Below, piece after piece: positions 28,639-38,172 of a stretch of DNA of 64,000 nucleotides. This stretch comes from Candidatus Heimdallarchaeota archaeon (GTDB taxonomy: Archaea > Asgardarchaeota > Heimdallarchaeia > Heimdallarchaeales > Heimdallarchaeaceae). Each line of letters opens with the position of its first letter. The stretch's first letter is position 1. The notes beneath the pieces were generated by a model. It saw only the letters and a program-made list of their open reading frames with translations, did no database searches and had not been told where the DNA came from. The position numbers and the translations under genes are program-made. The stretch covers positions 16,036 to 80,035 of the forward strand of contig JAAFKI010000051.1 in the NCBI GenBank assembly GCA_021399345.1, given 5' to 3'.

Positions 28639-29484
28639 ATGATTCACTTAGTAGCTTTCATTGATATTGAAGTAGGTCTAGGGAGAACAATCTATCAAGA
28701 TAAAACTCTTCAAATTAGTGAATTCTTAATCTGGCCAATGATAAGTGCTCTCAATAATTTTGTTAGTGAGTGTACTGCTAGTGAAAGAGGACTAGTTAAT
28801 GCAGCTTTAGAAGACATAAAGATATATCTTTATTCACCTTTGGGAGAATCAAACCCACTTAGAATTGTTTTTTTCACAGATTTGTTTGATAATAACGAGT
28901 ATTTGGAGAAAAAAGGACAAGCTATCTTCAGTGTTTTATCAAAATATATCTCATTTGAAACTTTTGATCCTCCAACTGAAATTATTGGAAGAGCAAGGGC
29001 AATAGCAAAGTACACCCAAAATTTCCCAACAGAAATTTTAGCTCCTCAATTCTTGGATGAATTACGAAGAAAATTGATGAAACTTGAAGAATCCGAAAGC
29101 ATTTATGTTGCCGATTTCTTCATTGGAGACATAGATCAAGGGAAAGTATTCACATTCTTAGAAAGTACTGAGTTACAAGAAAAAGATAGTGTTGTATTGT
29201 TTTCAGAATTATTAACTGCATTTTCAATAGACAGCGAAATATTCGTTAAATCGTCTCTATCAAGAAAGGAAAGGAACAGATTAGAAAACCTAGAAATAGA
29301 TACAAGTGAGCTAATTGAAGGGTGGTTCTTGAGACAACTATCTGAACAAGAAAGTGATTTTTGGTTGGTAGGCTACTTCTATTACGATAAAAGAAAAGAG
29401 GAAGAAATTAAACAGTATCTAAATTGGGCAGCTGTTAAAATGAAAGAGGAATTAAGTGTACTTAACCTTAAAAGGCCTTTTTGA
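28639..29484 (+). CDS. Longin-like domain protein (possibly two domains)
   Basis: MIHLVAFID..G...LIWPMISALNNFVSE...IKIYLY...LRIVFFTD pattern typical of Asgard longins. Confidence 0.55.
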   Translation: MIHLVAFIDIEVGLGRTIYQDKTLQISEFLIWPMISALNNFVSECTASERGLVNAALEDIKIYLYSPLGESNPLRIVFFTDLFDNNEYLEKKGQAIFSVLSKYISFETFDPPTEIIGRARAIAKYTQNFPTEILAPQFLDELRRKLMKLEESESIYVADFFIGDIDQGKVFTFLESTELQEKDSVVLFSELLTAFSIDSEIFVKSSLSRKERNRLENLEIDTSELIEGWFLRQLSEQESDFWLVGYFYYDKRKEEEIKQYLNWAAVKMKEELSVLNLKRPF

Positions 29485-29489
29485 AATAA

Positions 29490-30995
29490 TTAATTTTTAA
29501 CTGTTTTTTCTTCTTCCTCTTCCTTGACTGGAAACTTCCATGCCATTAGAAGGTTAAATGGAAAGAGGACCATGCTTATGATAAAAACAGCTAGAAAATT
29601 GACTCTTGAAATGATCAATCCAGCAAGAATAGATGTTGGAAACCAACCTAATTGATGAAGTCCTTGAACCATACCATAAGTCTCAGCTCTTCGCTTTCTA
29701 TCAAAATTAGTTAAAATAGACATTATCCCTGGCATCCAGAATGCAACACTTGCACCCATTCCAACCCAGCCAATCATGATTATATACAATCTATATTGTG
29801 GAAGAGTGAAATACGCTATAATATTAGAAGTGAAGAATAAACTTCCTGTAAGTTGACTCAGCAGTAGAAGTTCTGATTTTTTTAATTTATCCGATATTTT
29901 AGTAACTGGGATAAAAATTAATAATGTACTAACACTGAAAGCAAGTTGAAGAACAGCTATATTACCTTCATTAAAATCATATTGAGTAACCAAACTTCCC
30001 CAGAAGATGCTAATGCTTAACCCCCATGTTAATGCATCTAAGATGAAAAATCCAATTGCATAAGGAACTCCTGGATTACGAAATATATCTCTGAATAGAG
30101 TTAGGTTTGTTTCAACTTCATTATAGTAATCACTTCTTACAGATTGTTTGTTTCTTCTCTTTATGAGATAATAGGGAATGGAGAGATAAAGAAATATTGA
30201 TTTGAACATTTGTAGGAACATTTGATAAACTGCTATCAACGATTGCAAGAGCTGTTTGGATATGCTTGAAGTATAATCTTTTATTATGTGGGGTTCTTTC
30301 AAAGCGAACAGCTGATAGAGAAACATAATCAATCGTAGAACCGCTAGAACATAGAAATATACCCATATTTCAATTCTATCTGTTAAAACACGAATAACTA
30401 AAGGTCCTATTAAACCAGTTGCGTAAAATGCTAAATTGATAATGCTGAACGATGATGCTGTTTTCTTTTTTTCTGCACTTTCAGCTACTAAAGCACTCAC
30501 TGCCGGATCACCAAAGCCAAAAGCAATAGATACACAGGATAAACCCAAAAATGCTACAGCAAGTGCGTAAGTTATAGGAAAGCCAGTTGTTGCAATTTCA
30601 GAAAAACTAGCTATTTTCAGAGGAAAGCTTGCTCCAAAGGAATAATAGGAAAATGGATATTTTATGGAAAGAAGCCCTGAAGTACCAAATAATAACATTG
30701 AGATAGGAAGAAAGATAAAACTTCCAAGAACTACTCTTTTTCTACCTATCTTGTCACTTATTTTTGATGCAAAAACCATCGGTATAATTTGGATAAGAGC
30801 TGCTAAAGTCATGATCAAACCAAGAGTTTCTTCAGGATTAACATTTCTTCCAGTTGACTCAATCATTTTAACAATAAAAGGTTGTAAAATTACATTATAG
30901 AAACCATGAATCAATCCTGAAATAAGATTAGCTACCACTAGAACGCGTATATTTACTCTTCTAGATGGATGCAAATTTACCTCATGGATTACCAT
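29490..30995 (-). CDS. MFS transporter
   Basis: KISDKIGRKR and KISDKLKK motif A repeats; 12-TM pattern. Confidence 0.88.
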   Translation of the reverse strand: MVIHEVNLHPSRRVNIRVLVVANLISGLIHGFYNVILQPFIVKMIESTGRNVNPEETLGLIMTLAALIQIIPMVFASKISDKIGRKRVVLGSFIFLPISMLLFGTSGLLSIKYPFSYYSFGASFPLKIASFSEIATTGFPITYALAVAFLGLSCVSIAFGFGDPAVSALVAESAEKKKTASSFSIINLAFYATGLIGPLVIRVLTDRIEIWVYFYVLAVLRLIMFLYQLFALKEPHIIKDYTSSISKQLLQSLIAVYQMFLQMFKSIFLYLSIPYYLIKRRNKQSVRSDYYNEVETNLTLFRDIFRNPGVPYAIGFFILDALTWGLSISIFWGSLVTQYDFNEGNIAVLQLAFSVSTLLIFIPVTKISDKLKKSELLLLSQLTGSLFFTSNIIAYFTLPQYRLYIIMIGWVGMGASVAFWMPGIMSILTNFDRKRRAETYGMVQGLHQLGWFPTSILAGLIISRVNFLAVFIISMVLFPFNLLMAWKFPVKEEEEEKTVKN

Positions 30996-31092
30996 GAAGT
31001 TTGAATAATAAAGATAGTTAAAAAGTAATTGCTGAATATCATATTTTTGTCCAAAGGATAGATTTTATATACACTTTATAGGTGGGAAGCTT

Positions 31093-32475
31093 ATGACAGA
31101 TTATTTGGATACTCCTATATCGTGGGGTTCAGAAATCATTAATGGATTTGTACCAAGTCAATATGAAGATCAAACTAAGTTTTTACATCCACCAGAATTT
31201 TCCAAAACCCCAATGTTTGAAGGAACAGTTAAGGAAGCTTTACTGAGAAAATTATCCAATCCATTGGGATATGACCTCTCATTTGATAAGCTTATTGAAC
31301 AGAAATATCAAAAAGGTAAACCTATTGTTTTTGTAGTTGATGATTACACAAGACCGAATAATCATACTAAAATAATTTTACCTATAATGATTGAAAAAGT
31401 CCTTTCTCTAAACGTTTTGAAAGAGGATATCAGAATTCTAATAGCTACAGGCACACACAGACTTCCAAAGGAGTCGGAATTTACAAAGATACTTGGAGAG
31501 CAAATCTCTGAAGAATATAGATCACAAATAGTTTCACATGATTGTGATATTGAAGGCGTCTATGTTGGAGAAAGTGATGCTGGAACTCCCATGGAATTTG
31601 ATAAATTAGCCTTTGAGGCATCAATATTGGTTCCAATAACTGATAGTGAATTACACTATTTCGCTGGTGTAGCGGGAACTATTAAAGAAATATGTCCTGG
31701 AATTGCTACTAGAAACACTGTAAGGCAAAACCATCCTAAAATGTTTGACAGAAAACTAGGTTTCCATCCTGGTTGTAAACTAGGAGGAACAGAAGAAAAC
31801 CCAGTAATTACTGATATTAAAAATATGGTTAATATTATTAAAACAAAAGTAACAATTTTCGGTATTGATACAATAGTTACAGAAGGAAAAATAGTTTACA
31901 TTAGTACTGGAGATTTAGTAGAATTACATGATGAAGCAAAACAACATATTGTTAAGATGAGAACTCTACGATTACCAAAAGCTGCTGGAATTGTTGTTAG
32001 TGGAATGCAAAGCTGGGGGATTAATCTCTATCAAGCTGGTAAAGGAATCCACGCTGCTTGGAATGCGGTTAAGCACGATGGCAAGGGAGAAATTCTAGCG
32101 GTTGCACCTCTTCCCGACGGTATAGGCAATGCCAATTATGAACAAGTAATGAAAGAAACAGGTGATATGCCACTCCAAGAAGCTCTTGAATATATCTTAG
32201 ATAATTACTGTACAACTGAGACATTCAAAATAGGGAACCAAAAACCGGTAGATACCATGAGAATTGTAAAGATGATTGGAGAAGGAAATCTGAAAATGAT
32301 CTCAGATTGGGATGCCGAACAATTAAGAAAGTACTATCGAGTTGATCCTATAAAAAATCCGGAAGAATCTCCTGTAGATACGCTAAGAAGAGCAATTTCA
32401 AAATATATGTCTAAAAATCCAGATGAACTAATTTACATAATGGATGATCCTGGATTATATGTTATTATTGAGTAG
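31093..32475 (+). CDS. larA: LarA family nickel-pincer-dependent racemase/epimerase
   Basis: DDYTRP, IATGTHR, HD, HYFAG..G..K.ICPG, NH, INLYQAGKG. Confidence 0.85.
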   Translation: MTDYLDTPISWGSEIINGFVPSQYEDQTKFLHPPEFSKTPMFEGTVKEALLRKLSNPLGYDLSFDKLIEQKYQKGKPIVFVVDDYTRPNNHTKIILPIMIEKVLSLNVLKEDIRILIATGTHRLPKESEFTKILGEQISEEYRSQIVSHDCDIEGVYVGESDAGTPMEFDKLAFEASILVPITDSELHYFAGVAGTIKEICPGIATRNTVRQNHPKMFDRKLGFHPGCKLGGTEENPVITDIKNMVNIIKTKVTIFGIDTIVTEGKIVYISTGDLVELHDEAKQHIVKMRTLRLPKAAGIVVSGMQSWGINLYQAGKGIHAAWNAVKHDGKGEILAVAPLPDGIGNANYEQVMKETGDMPLQEALEYILDNYCTTETFKIGNQKPVDTMRIVKMIGEGNLKMISDWDAEQLRKYYRVDPIKNPEESPVDTLRRAISKYMSKNPDELIYIMDDPGLYVIIE

Positions 32476-32497
32476 GATCATTTTTCTTTTATTCTTT

Positions 32498-32755
32498 TTA
32501 TATTTCTAAAGCTTCTTCTGGCCACATTTTCTCCACAACTTCGCTGTTGCATTTCATACAGAGATTTTTCTTTTGGATAATCCCATCTCTGTCTGTAGAA
32601 AAGTTCTGAATTAAACCACGGTCACAGAGAATATCAGATTTACAATCTCTGCAATAAAAATATCTTCCTGTTTGTTTAGGTGACCATAGATATTTACTAC
32701 AGGAGGCACAGCGATCTCTAAAATCACATTTCATGTGTTGAGCAATAATAGTCAA
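32498..32755 (-). CDS. Small Cys-rich zinc-binding protein
   Basis: C..CASC..CRDC..C..CMKC in 85 aa. Confidence 0.65.
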   Translation of the reverse strand: MTIIAQHMKCDFRDRCASCSKYLWSPKQTGRYFYCRDCKSDILCDRGLIQNFSTDRDGIIQKKNLCMKCNSEVVEKMWPEEALEI

Positions 32756-32983
32756 CTATTTGTCCTCCTTTTTCATATACCAGTCATGATATGCTCTTTT
32801 ACGTTCTCTATCTTTTCTTTCTGTTTCTTCAGTAGTTTCCCCAACAATTTTTTTCTGTTCATTACGAACTGTAGTTTTAACGTTATCAAGCTCTCCTCTT
32901 TTGAAAGAAAGACCACAATCTAAGCAAACCATAAAAGGAGCTTTATATTTTACTTCGCCACCGCAATCTGGGCATCTCGCCAT
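32756..32983 (-). CDS. Small zinc-ribbon protein with charged helical tail
   Basis: CPDCGG...CLDCG, ends YHDWYMKK. Confidence 0.75.
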   Translation of the reverse strand: MARCPDCGGEVKYKAPFMVCLDCGLSFKRGELDNVKTTVRNEQKKIVGETTEETERKDRERKRAYHDWYMKKEDK

Positions 32984-33085
32984 ATTTACACCTTCTGTTC
33001 AATGAATACTAGCAAATTGTCTTTTAAAAGTTAGTCTATTGTGTCAAAAAAAAGTATACCAAATACACACTTCTTAAAAAAATCA

Positions 33086-33159
33086 TGGTGCACGCACCGG
33101 GATTCGAACTCGGGTTTCAGCCGTGGGAGGGCTGAGTCCTACCACTAGACTATGCGTGC
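33086..33159 (-). tRNA. tRNA-Gly(CCC), intronless, CCA encoded
   Basis: GCACGCA/TGCGTGC acceptor stem, CAGCC-CTCCCAC-GGCTG anticodon arm, TTCGAAT T-loop, ACCA end. Confidence 0.95.
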
Positions 33160-33230
33160 TAGAGATAGATAAAAACAAGCTAACTTTCTTTTAATTCTTT
33201 CCATGTAATCTTTATTTAATTACACATAAA

Positions 33231-34418
33231 CTATGTTCTTACTAAGGAATCAACTGTTTCCAGGAAAATTAGTATTTCATTCTCAGTATTGTAAAGATGA
33301 GTTGATATTCTTACTAAGTCATTGAATTTAAGCTCATACATATACAGATGAGAACACAAAGCCCCACTTCTTACTTGTATATTTTTCATATCATCTAGAA
33401 CCATAGCCAAATCGTGTGCTTCAATTTTTTCACTGCCAAATGACAAAATTGGTCCATATTCAGCTCCCTCAATTTTGTTTAACTTAATAGAAGGAATGCT
33501 TTCTAAACCAGCTCTTAGCTTAGAATGTAATTTTTTCTCATGCGCCTGAATCTTTGATAACCCAAAATTCGATAATAGTTCTAGACTATTAGTCATTGCA
33601 TTTATATTGGCAACATTAATTATCCCTGTTTCAAACTTCGAACCTGAAGAATTAAGGAGATAGGAATATTCTTCAAGTGCAATTATTGAACCTCCTCCAA
33701 CAATTAGAGGATCCATTTCATTATAGATTTCATTATTAGTAATCTGGAATGCTGTACCTGCAGGTCCTAAAGCACCCATGCATCCTGAAGATACAACTAT
33801 ATCTGGTGTTTCTTTATCAAACATAATCTCTTCATGGCCCACTGAATAACTAATATCTAGAATGAATGTGGCATCCACTTCTTTACAGATTTTAGCTATC
33901 TTATTCCATTCTCTCTTCACACCATTAGTAGCTGTTAAAGAAGAAAGAAGCACAATGTCTTTTGGAGAATGTATTGTTTCACTAATATTCTCAACAAGGT
34001 TTGTTTCATCTTCGATATTAAGATAATCAATCTTTGTACCAAAAGAATTATTAGCTTTTATTGCAGGAGCTAAAATAGAATGCTCCTCTAGAATACTAGT
34101 AACAACTCTTTTTTCACCTATATTCGGCATTGAATGAAAGACACTTGTTAGAACCGTTTCTCTTGATGGAAAAAATGAAATTTGGGCTGGTTCTACATTG
34201 AATATCCTCGAAAGTGATTGCCTATTTTTTTCCAGAAGTCGATTACTAGAAGAAATTTCACTGTGTACCCCCCTAACAGGTGCTCCTCCTCCGTTTTTGT
34301 AATATTCATGTATTTTTTTCATAGAAGAAACAGGAATTTTTCCAATTGTAGCTGAATCTAGATAAATTTGATCAGGTTTTAGGTTAAATTCAATTCCAAA
34401 TCTTGTAGTAATCGTCAT
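33231..34418 (-). CDS. Class V aminotransferase / SufS-like protein lacking the PLP lysine
   Basis: YLDSAT, GGG, KFETG, VRSGALCSH, STHLYNT; SSGCMG replaces SGHK; start 34418 or 34439. Confidence 0.85.
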   Translation of the reverse strand: MTITTRFGIEFNLKPDQIYLDSATIGKIPVSSMKKIHEYYKNGGGAPVRGVHSEISSSNRLLEKNRQSLSRIFNVEPAQISFFPSRETVLTSVFHSMPNIGEKRVVTSILEEHSILAPAIKANNSFGTKIDYLNIEDETNLVENISETIHSPKDIVLLSSLTATNGVKREWNKIAKICKEVDATFILDISYSVGHEEIMFDKETPDIVVSSGCMGALGPAGTAFQITNNEIYNEMDPLIVGGGSIIALEEYSYLLNSSGSKFETGIINVANINAMTNSLELLSNFGLSKIQAHEKKLHSKLRAGLESIPSIKLNKIEGAEYGPILSFGSEKIEAHDLAMVLDDMKNIQVRSGALCSHLYMYELKFNDLVRISTHLYNTENEILIFLETVDSLVRT

Positions 34419-34593
34419 GGTTCTGTTAGGTTTATTCATAGTAGATTTTAAAATCTTCCTTGCTATGAAATCAAAAAGTTTGAATACTAATAAGAACATA
34501 ATTAATTAGGGAAAATCTAGAGGATGATCGTAAGGCATTTGGTAAAGCATTAGCGATGCCAGAAAGAAGCAAGGTGACCTATGATTTTCTCTT

Positions 34594-35787
34594 TCATATT
34601 TCTTCCATTATTGATTCTAATGTTTCTAGAAAAGAATTGATGTCTTCTTTTGTGTTATAAAGATGAGTAGAGACTTGAACTAGTGATTCTCGCTTCAATT
34701 CATCCATAAAAAGATGAGAACATAATGCTCCACTTCTAACATAAATGTTAGTCAGATCTTCTAGAATAATTGCTATATCATGAGCATCAATATCTTCACT
34801 AAAGAAGGAAATAACAGGGCCATATGATAAACCATCTTTCTCAACAATATCTATCTTGTTAATATTCTTAAGGCCATCATAAAGGGTTTTCCTTAATTCT
34901 TGCTCATGTTTTTTGATTTTTTCAAAACCAACATCTGAGAGCAGTTGCAGACTATTTGCTAAACCGGAAATAGAGGCTATATTCAGTGATCCTGGCTCAT
35001 ATTTATTTGGAACTGATGCTAATCTATAGCCAGATTCATTTACGGAAACAACAGCCCCTCCACCTACTAAAACTGGGTTGAATTCTTTCTCTATTCCATC
35101 TGAAATGATTTGAAAAGCGGATCCATGAGGACCAAGAGCACCTATATCTCCAGATGAAATGATGATGTGTGGAGAAATCTTATCAAAATTATATGCTGCA
35201 TGACCTACCCCATTTGATATGTCTAAGATAAATAATAATTCATTGTCTATTGCTAATTGAGATAAACTTTTCCAATCTCTTTGAACTCCCATTCCTAGAG
35301 TTAGAGATGACAGAACGATTGCTTTTGTTTTTGTATCAATCTTTGCTTGAATGGAAGAAACTAAATCGATTTCTTCTTCTATTCCTGTAAAGTTTAGCTG
35401 CGTTCCACAGAATTTATTCAAATTCAAAAGTGGTGTTATTACTGAATGATCATCTAGAGAACTAGCAATAATTTCACTTTCTTTATCGAATCTTTGAGAA
35501 AAAAGTGCATTAAACATAGCGGTTTCTCTTGATGGTAGAAAAGAGACACGTGACCTGTCAACATAGAAGATATCTCCGATAGTTGAACGAGATTTCTCTA
35601 GTGTACGACTAGCATTGATTGCAATTTTATGTGTGCCCCTGCTAATCCCCCCTCCATGTTTGGAATAAAAATCACTCATGACTGATACTGAGGACTTAGG
35701 TAGTCTTCCTGCAGTTGCAGAATCTAGATAAATTTCGTTTTCATTAATGATGAAATCTATCCCAAAGTGATTTTTGACAGTCATCAA
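34594..35787 (-). CDS. Second SufS-like paralogue lacking the PLP lysine
   Basis: YLDSAT, RGTH, KYEPG, VRSGALCSH, STHLYNT; SSGDIG replaces SGHK. Confidence 0.85.
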   Translation of the reverse strand: MMTVKNHFGIDFIINENEIYLDSATAGRLPKSSVSVMSDFYSKHGGGISRGTHKIAINASRTLEKSRSTIGDIFYVDRSRVSFLPSRETAMFNALFSQRFDKESEIIASSLDDHSVITPLLNLNKFCGTQLNFTGIEEEIDLVSSIQAKIDTKTKAIVLSSLTLGMGVQRDWKSLSQLAIDNELLFILDISNGVGHAAYNFDKISPHIIISSGDIGALGPHGSAFQIISDGIEKEFNPVLVGGGAVVSVNESGYRLASVPNKYEPGSLNIASISGLANSLQLLSDVGFEKIKKHEQELRKTLYDGLKNINKIDIVEKDGLSYGPVISFFSEDIDAHDIAIILEDLTNIYVRSGALCSHLFMDELKRESLVQVSTHLYNTKEDINSFLETLESIMEEI

Positions 35788-35869
35788 TGAATTGATTGAA
35801 ATCAGATTGATTTAAACGTTTGTTTCCAAACACCATTTTTTTATATGTAATTCAAATTTCAAGCATGTT

Positions 35870-36325
35870 ATGTTAAATAATCTAGATAAATTGGCAATAA
35901 ATTTGGAAGAGAATATTAACAATTATTTGAATGTATTCAACGATTTACTGGACAACATATCTAATTTATCTAGTAGTAAAATTAATGATGTCCTCTGGAA
36001 ACTGAGGTCTGATTTAGAACTATTGATAATAGAATTTAAATTTGCTTTAGAGAAGGAAGATAAAACAGAGAGATGGCAATCTTCATTCAAAGAAGAACTT
36101 AAAGGGACAAGTTCAAAACAAAAAGCTATAACGATGTTGGAAAGATATAGGAAGAGCAATCAGGAAACCCAAACAATTTTTAAGAAGAAACCTGAACAGA
36201 GTTTCCGATATTTTTGGAAATTAAAAGAGACTATTTCCTCAATTCTTTCAGCATTTCCAGAGCAGAAAATTGAGTGGTCTAATGGTGAGTTGAAGAAGGT
36301 TTCTGAGGATGTTTTTGAAATTTGA
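35870..36325 (+). CDS. Hypothetical helical protein
   Basis: 151-aa ORF upstream of and co-oriented with the ARPC4-like gene. Confidence 0.6.
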   Translation: MLNNLDKLAINLEENINNYLNVFNDLLDNISNLSSSKINDVLWKLRSDLELLIIEFKFALEKEDKTERWQSSFKEELKGTSSKQKAITMLERYRKSNQETQTIFKKKPEQSFRYFWKLKETISSILSAFPEQKIEWSNGELKKVSEDVFEI

Positions 36326-36373
36326 TTACATCTAACAGCAAATATAAAACAGTAAAACACTTTGGTTACTTGT

Positions 36374-36862
36374 ATGAGTTCTCATTCACCTGAGTTTTTA
36401 GAAGATAAGGAAAAAATCAGGCAAGCTATGAAACTTGAAAGATACGTCTGCCCCCATAGAGAAATTAACTATCCTTGTGTAATCTGTAAAGATTGCAGCG
36501 ATATGGATTTAAAGCAATTTCCACTTAAAAATGGGTTTATCGAGAAAACTAGAAATTCCAGTTTGATTTCACTTATTTTTGAACTTAGAGATCCTTTCGA
36601 TGATATGTTACTCAAACGACTAAGTGTAGCACTTTATGAAGCTACAGGAATTGTTCAAAAGGAACCAGAACCAGGATTTTCCATTACATTTTATATATCT
36701 GAAGCATTACTAGAAAAAATATCTGAAATTGAGAAACTCATAGATTTTATAGCGGATTTCCAGCATAAATTCCTCTCTGAAACAATAGCTGCAAGAAGTG
36801 CTTTAAATAAATGGGAAAGATCAACAACAAAGCGGCTATTATGGGACATGAGTTTACAATAA
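36374..36862 (+). CDS. ARPC4 (Arp2/3 complex p20 subunit)-like protein
   Basis: Collinear matches to eukaryotic ARPC4 as recalled: IEKTRNSSLIS~IEGSINSVRVS, KEPEPGFSITFYIS~RKPVEGYDISFLIT, KLIDFIADF~KLVDFVIHF. Confidence 0.75.
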   Translation: MSSHSPEFLEDKEKIRQAMKLERYVCPHREINYPCVICKDCSDMDLKQFPLKNGFIEKTRNSSLISLIFELRDPFDDMLLKRLSVALYEATGIVQKEPEPGFSITFYISEALLEKISEIEKLIDFIADFQHKFLSETIAARSALNKWERSTTKRLLWDMSLQ

Positions 36863-36870
36863 AAAGAAGA

Positions 36871-38016
36871 TTAAGAAACACTCTTCCAGAATAATCCTAT
36901 TTTATCAGCGTGATTTCGAACTTCAAACATTTCTGTAGTAGAAACTCTTCTCTTAATCTCAGGAAATCTATCAGTTTGAAGAACAATATAATCGGGATGA
37001 TATTGGCCCATAATGTTTACAAGTGGTGTATTAAGATTCTCATTGATCCAGTCCAGAAGAGGAATAGAACAACACTTTGTGTGGTTTGGCATAACTAGGT
37101 GACGAATTATATACTCGCCTGATCCTCTGTCTTCAATCATTCTCATATTTCTTTGAAGCGCCTCCCAATATTTTGGTGCTTTGGAGTACTTGGTTGCACA
37201 TTCTTTGTTTGAATATTTCATATCTGGTAGCCAAATATCAAAAAGATCTGCAATCAGTTTCATGCTCATATCAGTAAGATACATGTTACTATTCCACAAC
37301 ATTGGGACATCAACTTGTGTATGTTTGAAAGATTCTAAAATCACATGTAAGTTTGGTGTAGGTTCTCCTCCAACAAAATTGATATTTCTCGCATTCTGTT
37401 TAACCAGAGTGAAATAATGTTGTGCAAGCTGAATGGCTGATGTCCCTCTCCCCTTAATTCTCTCAAACCCAAATTCGTGACTTATATCCCAGTTTTGACA
37501 AAACTGACAATCAATAGTACAGCCCAAAAAGAATATTGTACCGCTAGGGACAATAGGACTTTCTTCCCCCATATGAATGAAAGCTGAGCTAACATATGCC
37601 TTATCATCAACTCCACATTTTCCAACTTCTCCTTCATCACGGTTGGCTCTGCATCTATTCTCACAGAATTCACAGGAAGAAAGAACATCTTTAAAGATAG
37701 TTAGTTTCAGCTCTAGATAATTATTACTTGTGACGTCCTCAGCTTTGTACAGCTCTGCAATTTCTTTCTCAATCTTTTCAAGTGGAAGATGCTGTTTCTC
37801 TGCTATCCACTTCTTGAATTTTGGATGGTAGTGTTCATGAATATTCATTAATTCATCTTTATCTTTGTAACCATTAAAAGGAACATGAAATAATCGGGCT
37901 AGTTTGTAACGGGGTATACGTTTCCCCTGAAATATTTCTCTGTAATACACTAGACGATTTTCTAATTCAACTTGTTGCCAAACAGTCATTGTATCTCTTT
38001 TTGAAAGAGTCCACAT
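36871..38016 (-). CDS. PflX-like radical SAM protein
   Basis: CEFCENRCRANR, HMGEE, PSGTIFF.GCTIDCQFCQNWDIS, GGEPTP, IIRHLVMP, NIMGQYHP. Confidence 0.9.
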   Translation of the reverse strand: MWTLSKRDTMTVWQQVELENRLVYYREIFQGKRIPRYKLARLFHVPFNGYKDKDELMNIHEHYHPKFKKWIAEKQHLPLEKIEKEIAELYKAEDVTSNNYLELKLTIFKDVLSSCEFCENRCRANRDEGEVGKCGVDDKAYVSSAFIHMGEESPIVPSGTIFFLGCTIDCQFCQNWDISHEFGFERIKGRGTSAIQLAQHYFTLVKQNARNINFVGGEPTPNLHVILESFKHTQVDVPMLWNSNMYLTDMSMKLIADLFDIWLPDMKYSNKECATKYSKAPKYWEALQRNMRMIEDRGSGEYIIRHLVMPNHTKCCSIPLLDWINENLNTPLVNIMGQYHPDYIVLQTDRFPEIKRRVSTTEMFEVRNHADKIGLFWKSVS

Positions 38017-38172
38017 TAATAAAAAATATGTAAAGTATCTGAAATACTTTGTGCTGGAATAATATTAAAAGAAATAGGCCGAACATCAACTTATAGATAA
38101 ATGTTAAGGAGGAAATTCTCAAAAAAAAGATGTTAGTTTAATAAGATTTAATAATGAAGTTCAAAAAATATC

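Noticed and set aside
33086-33159. tRNA-Gly as an integration site
   Set aside because: No duplicated tRNA 3' end or integrase noticed; flanking genes look chromosomal.
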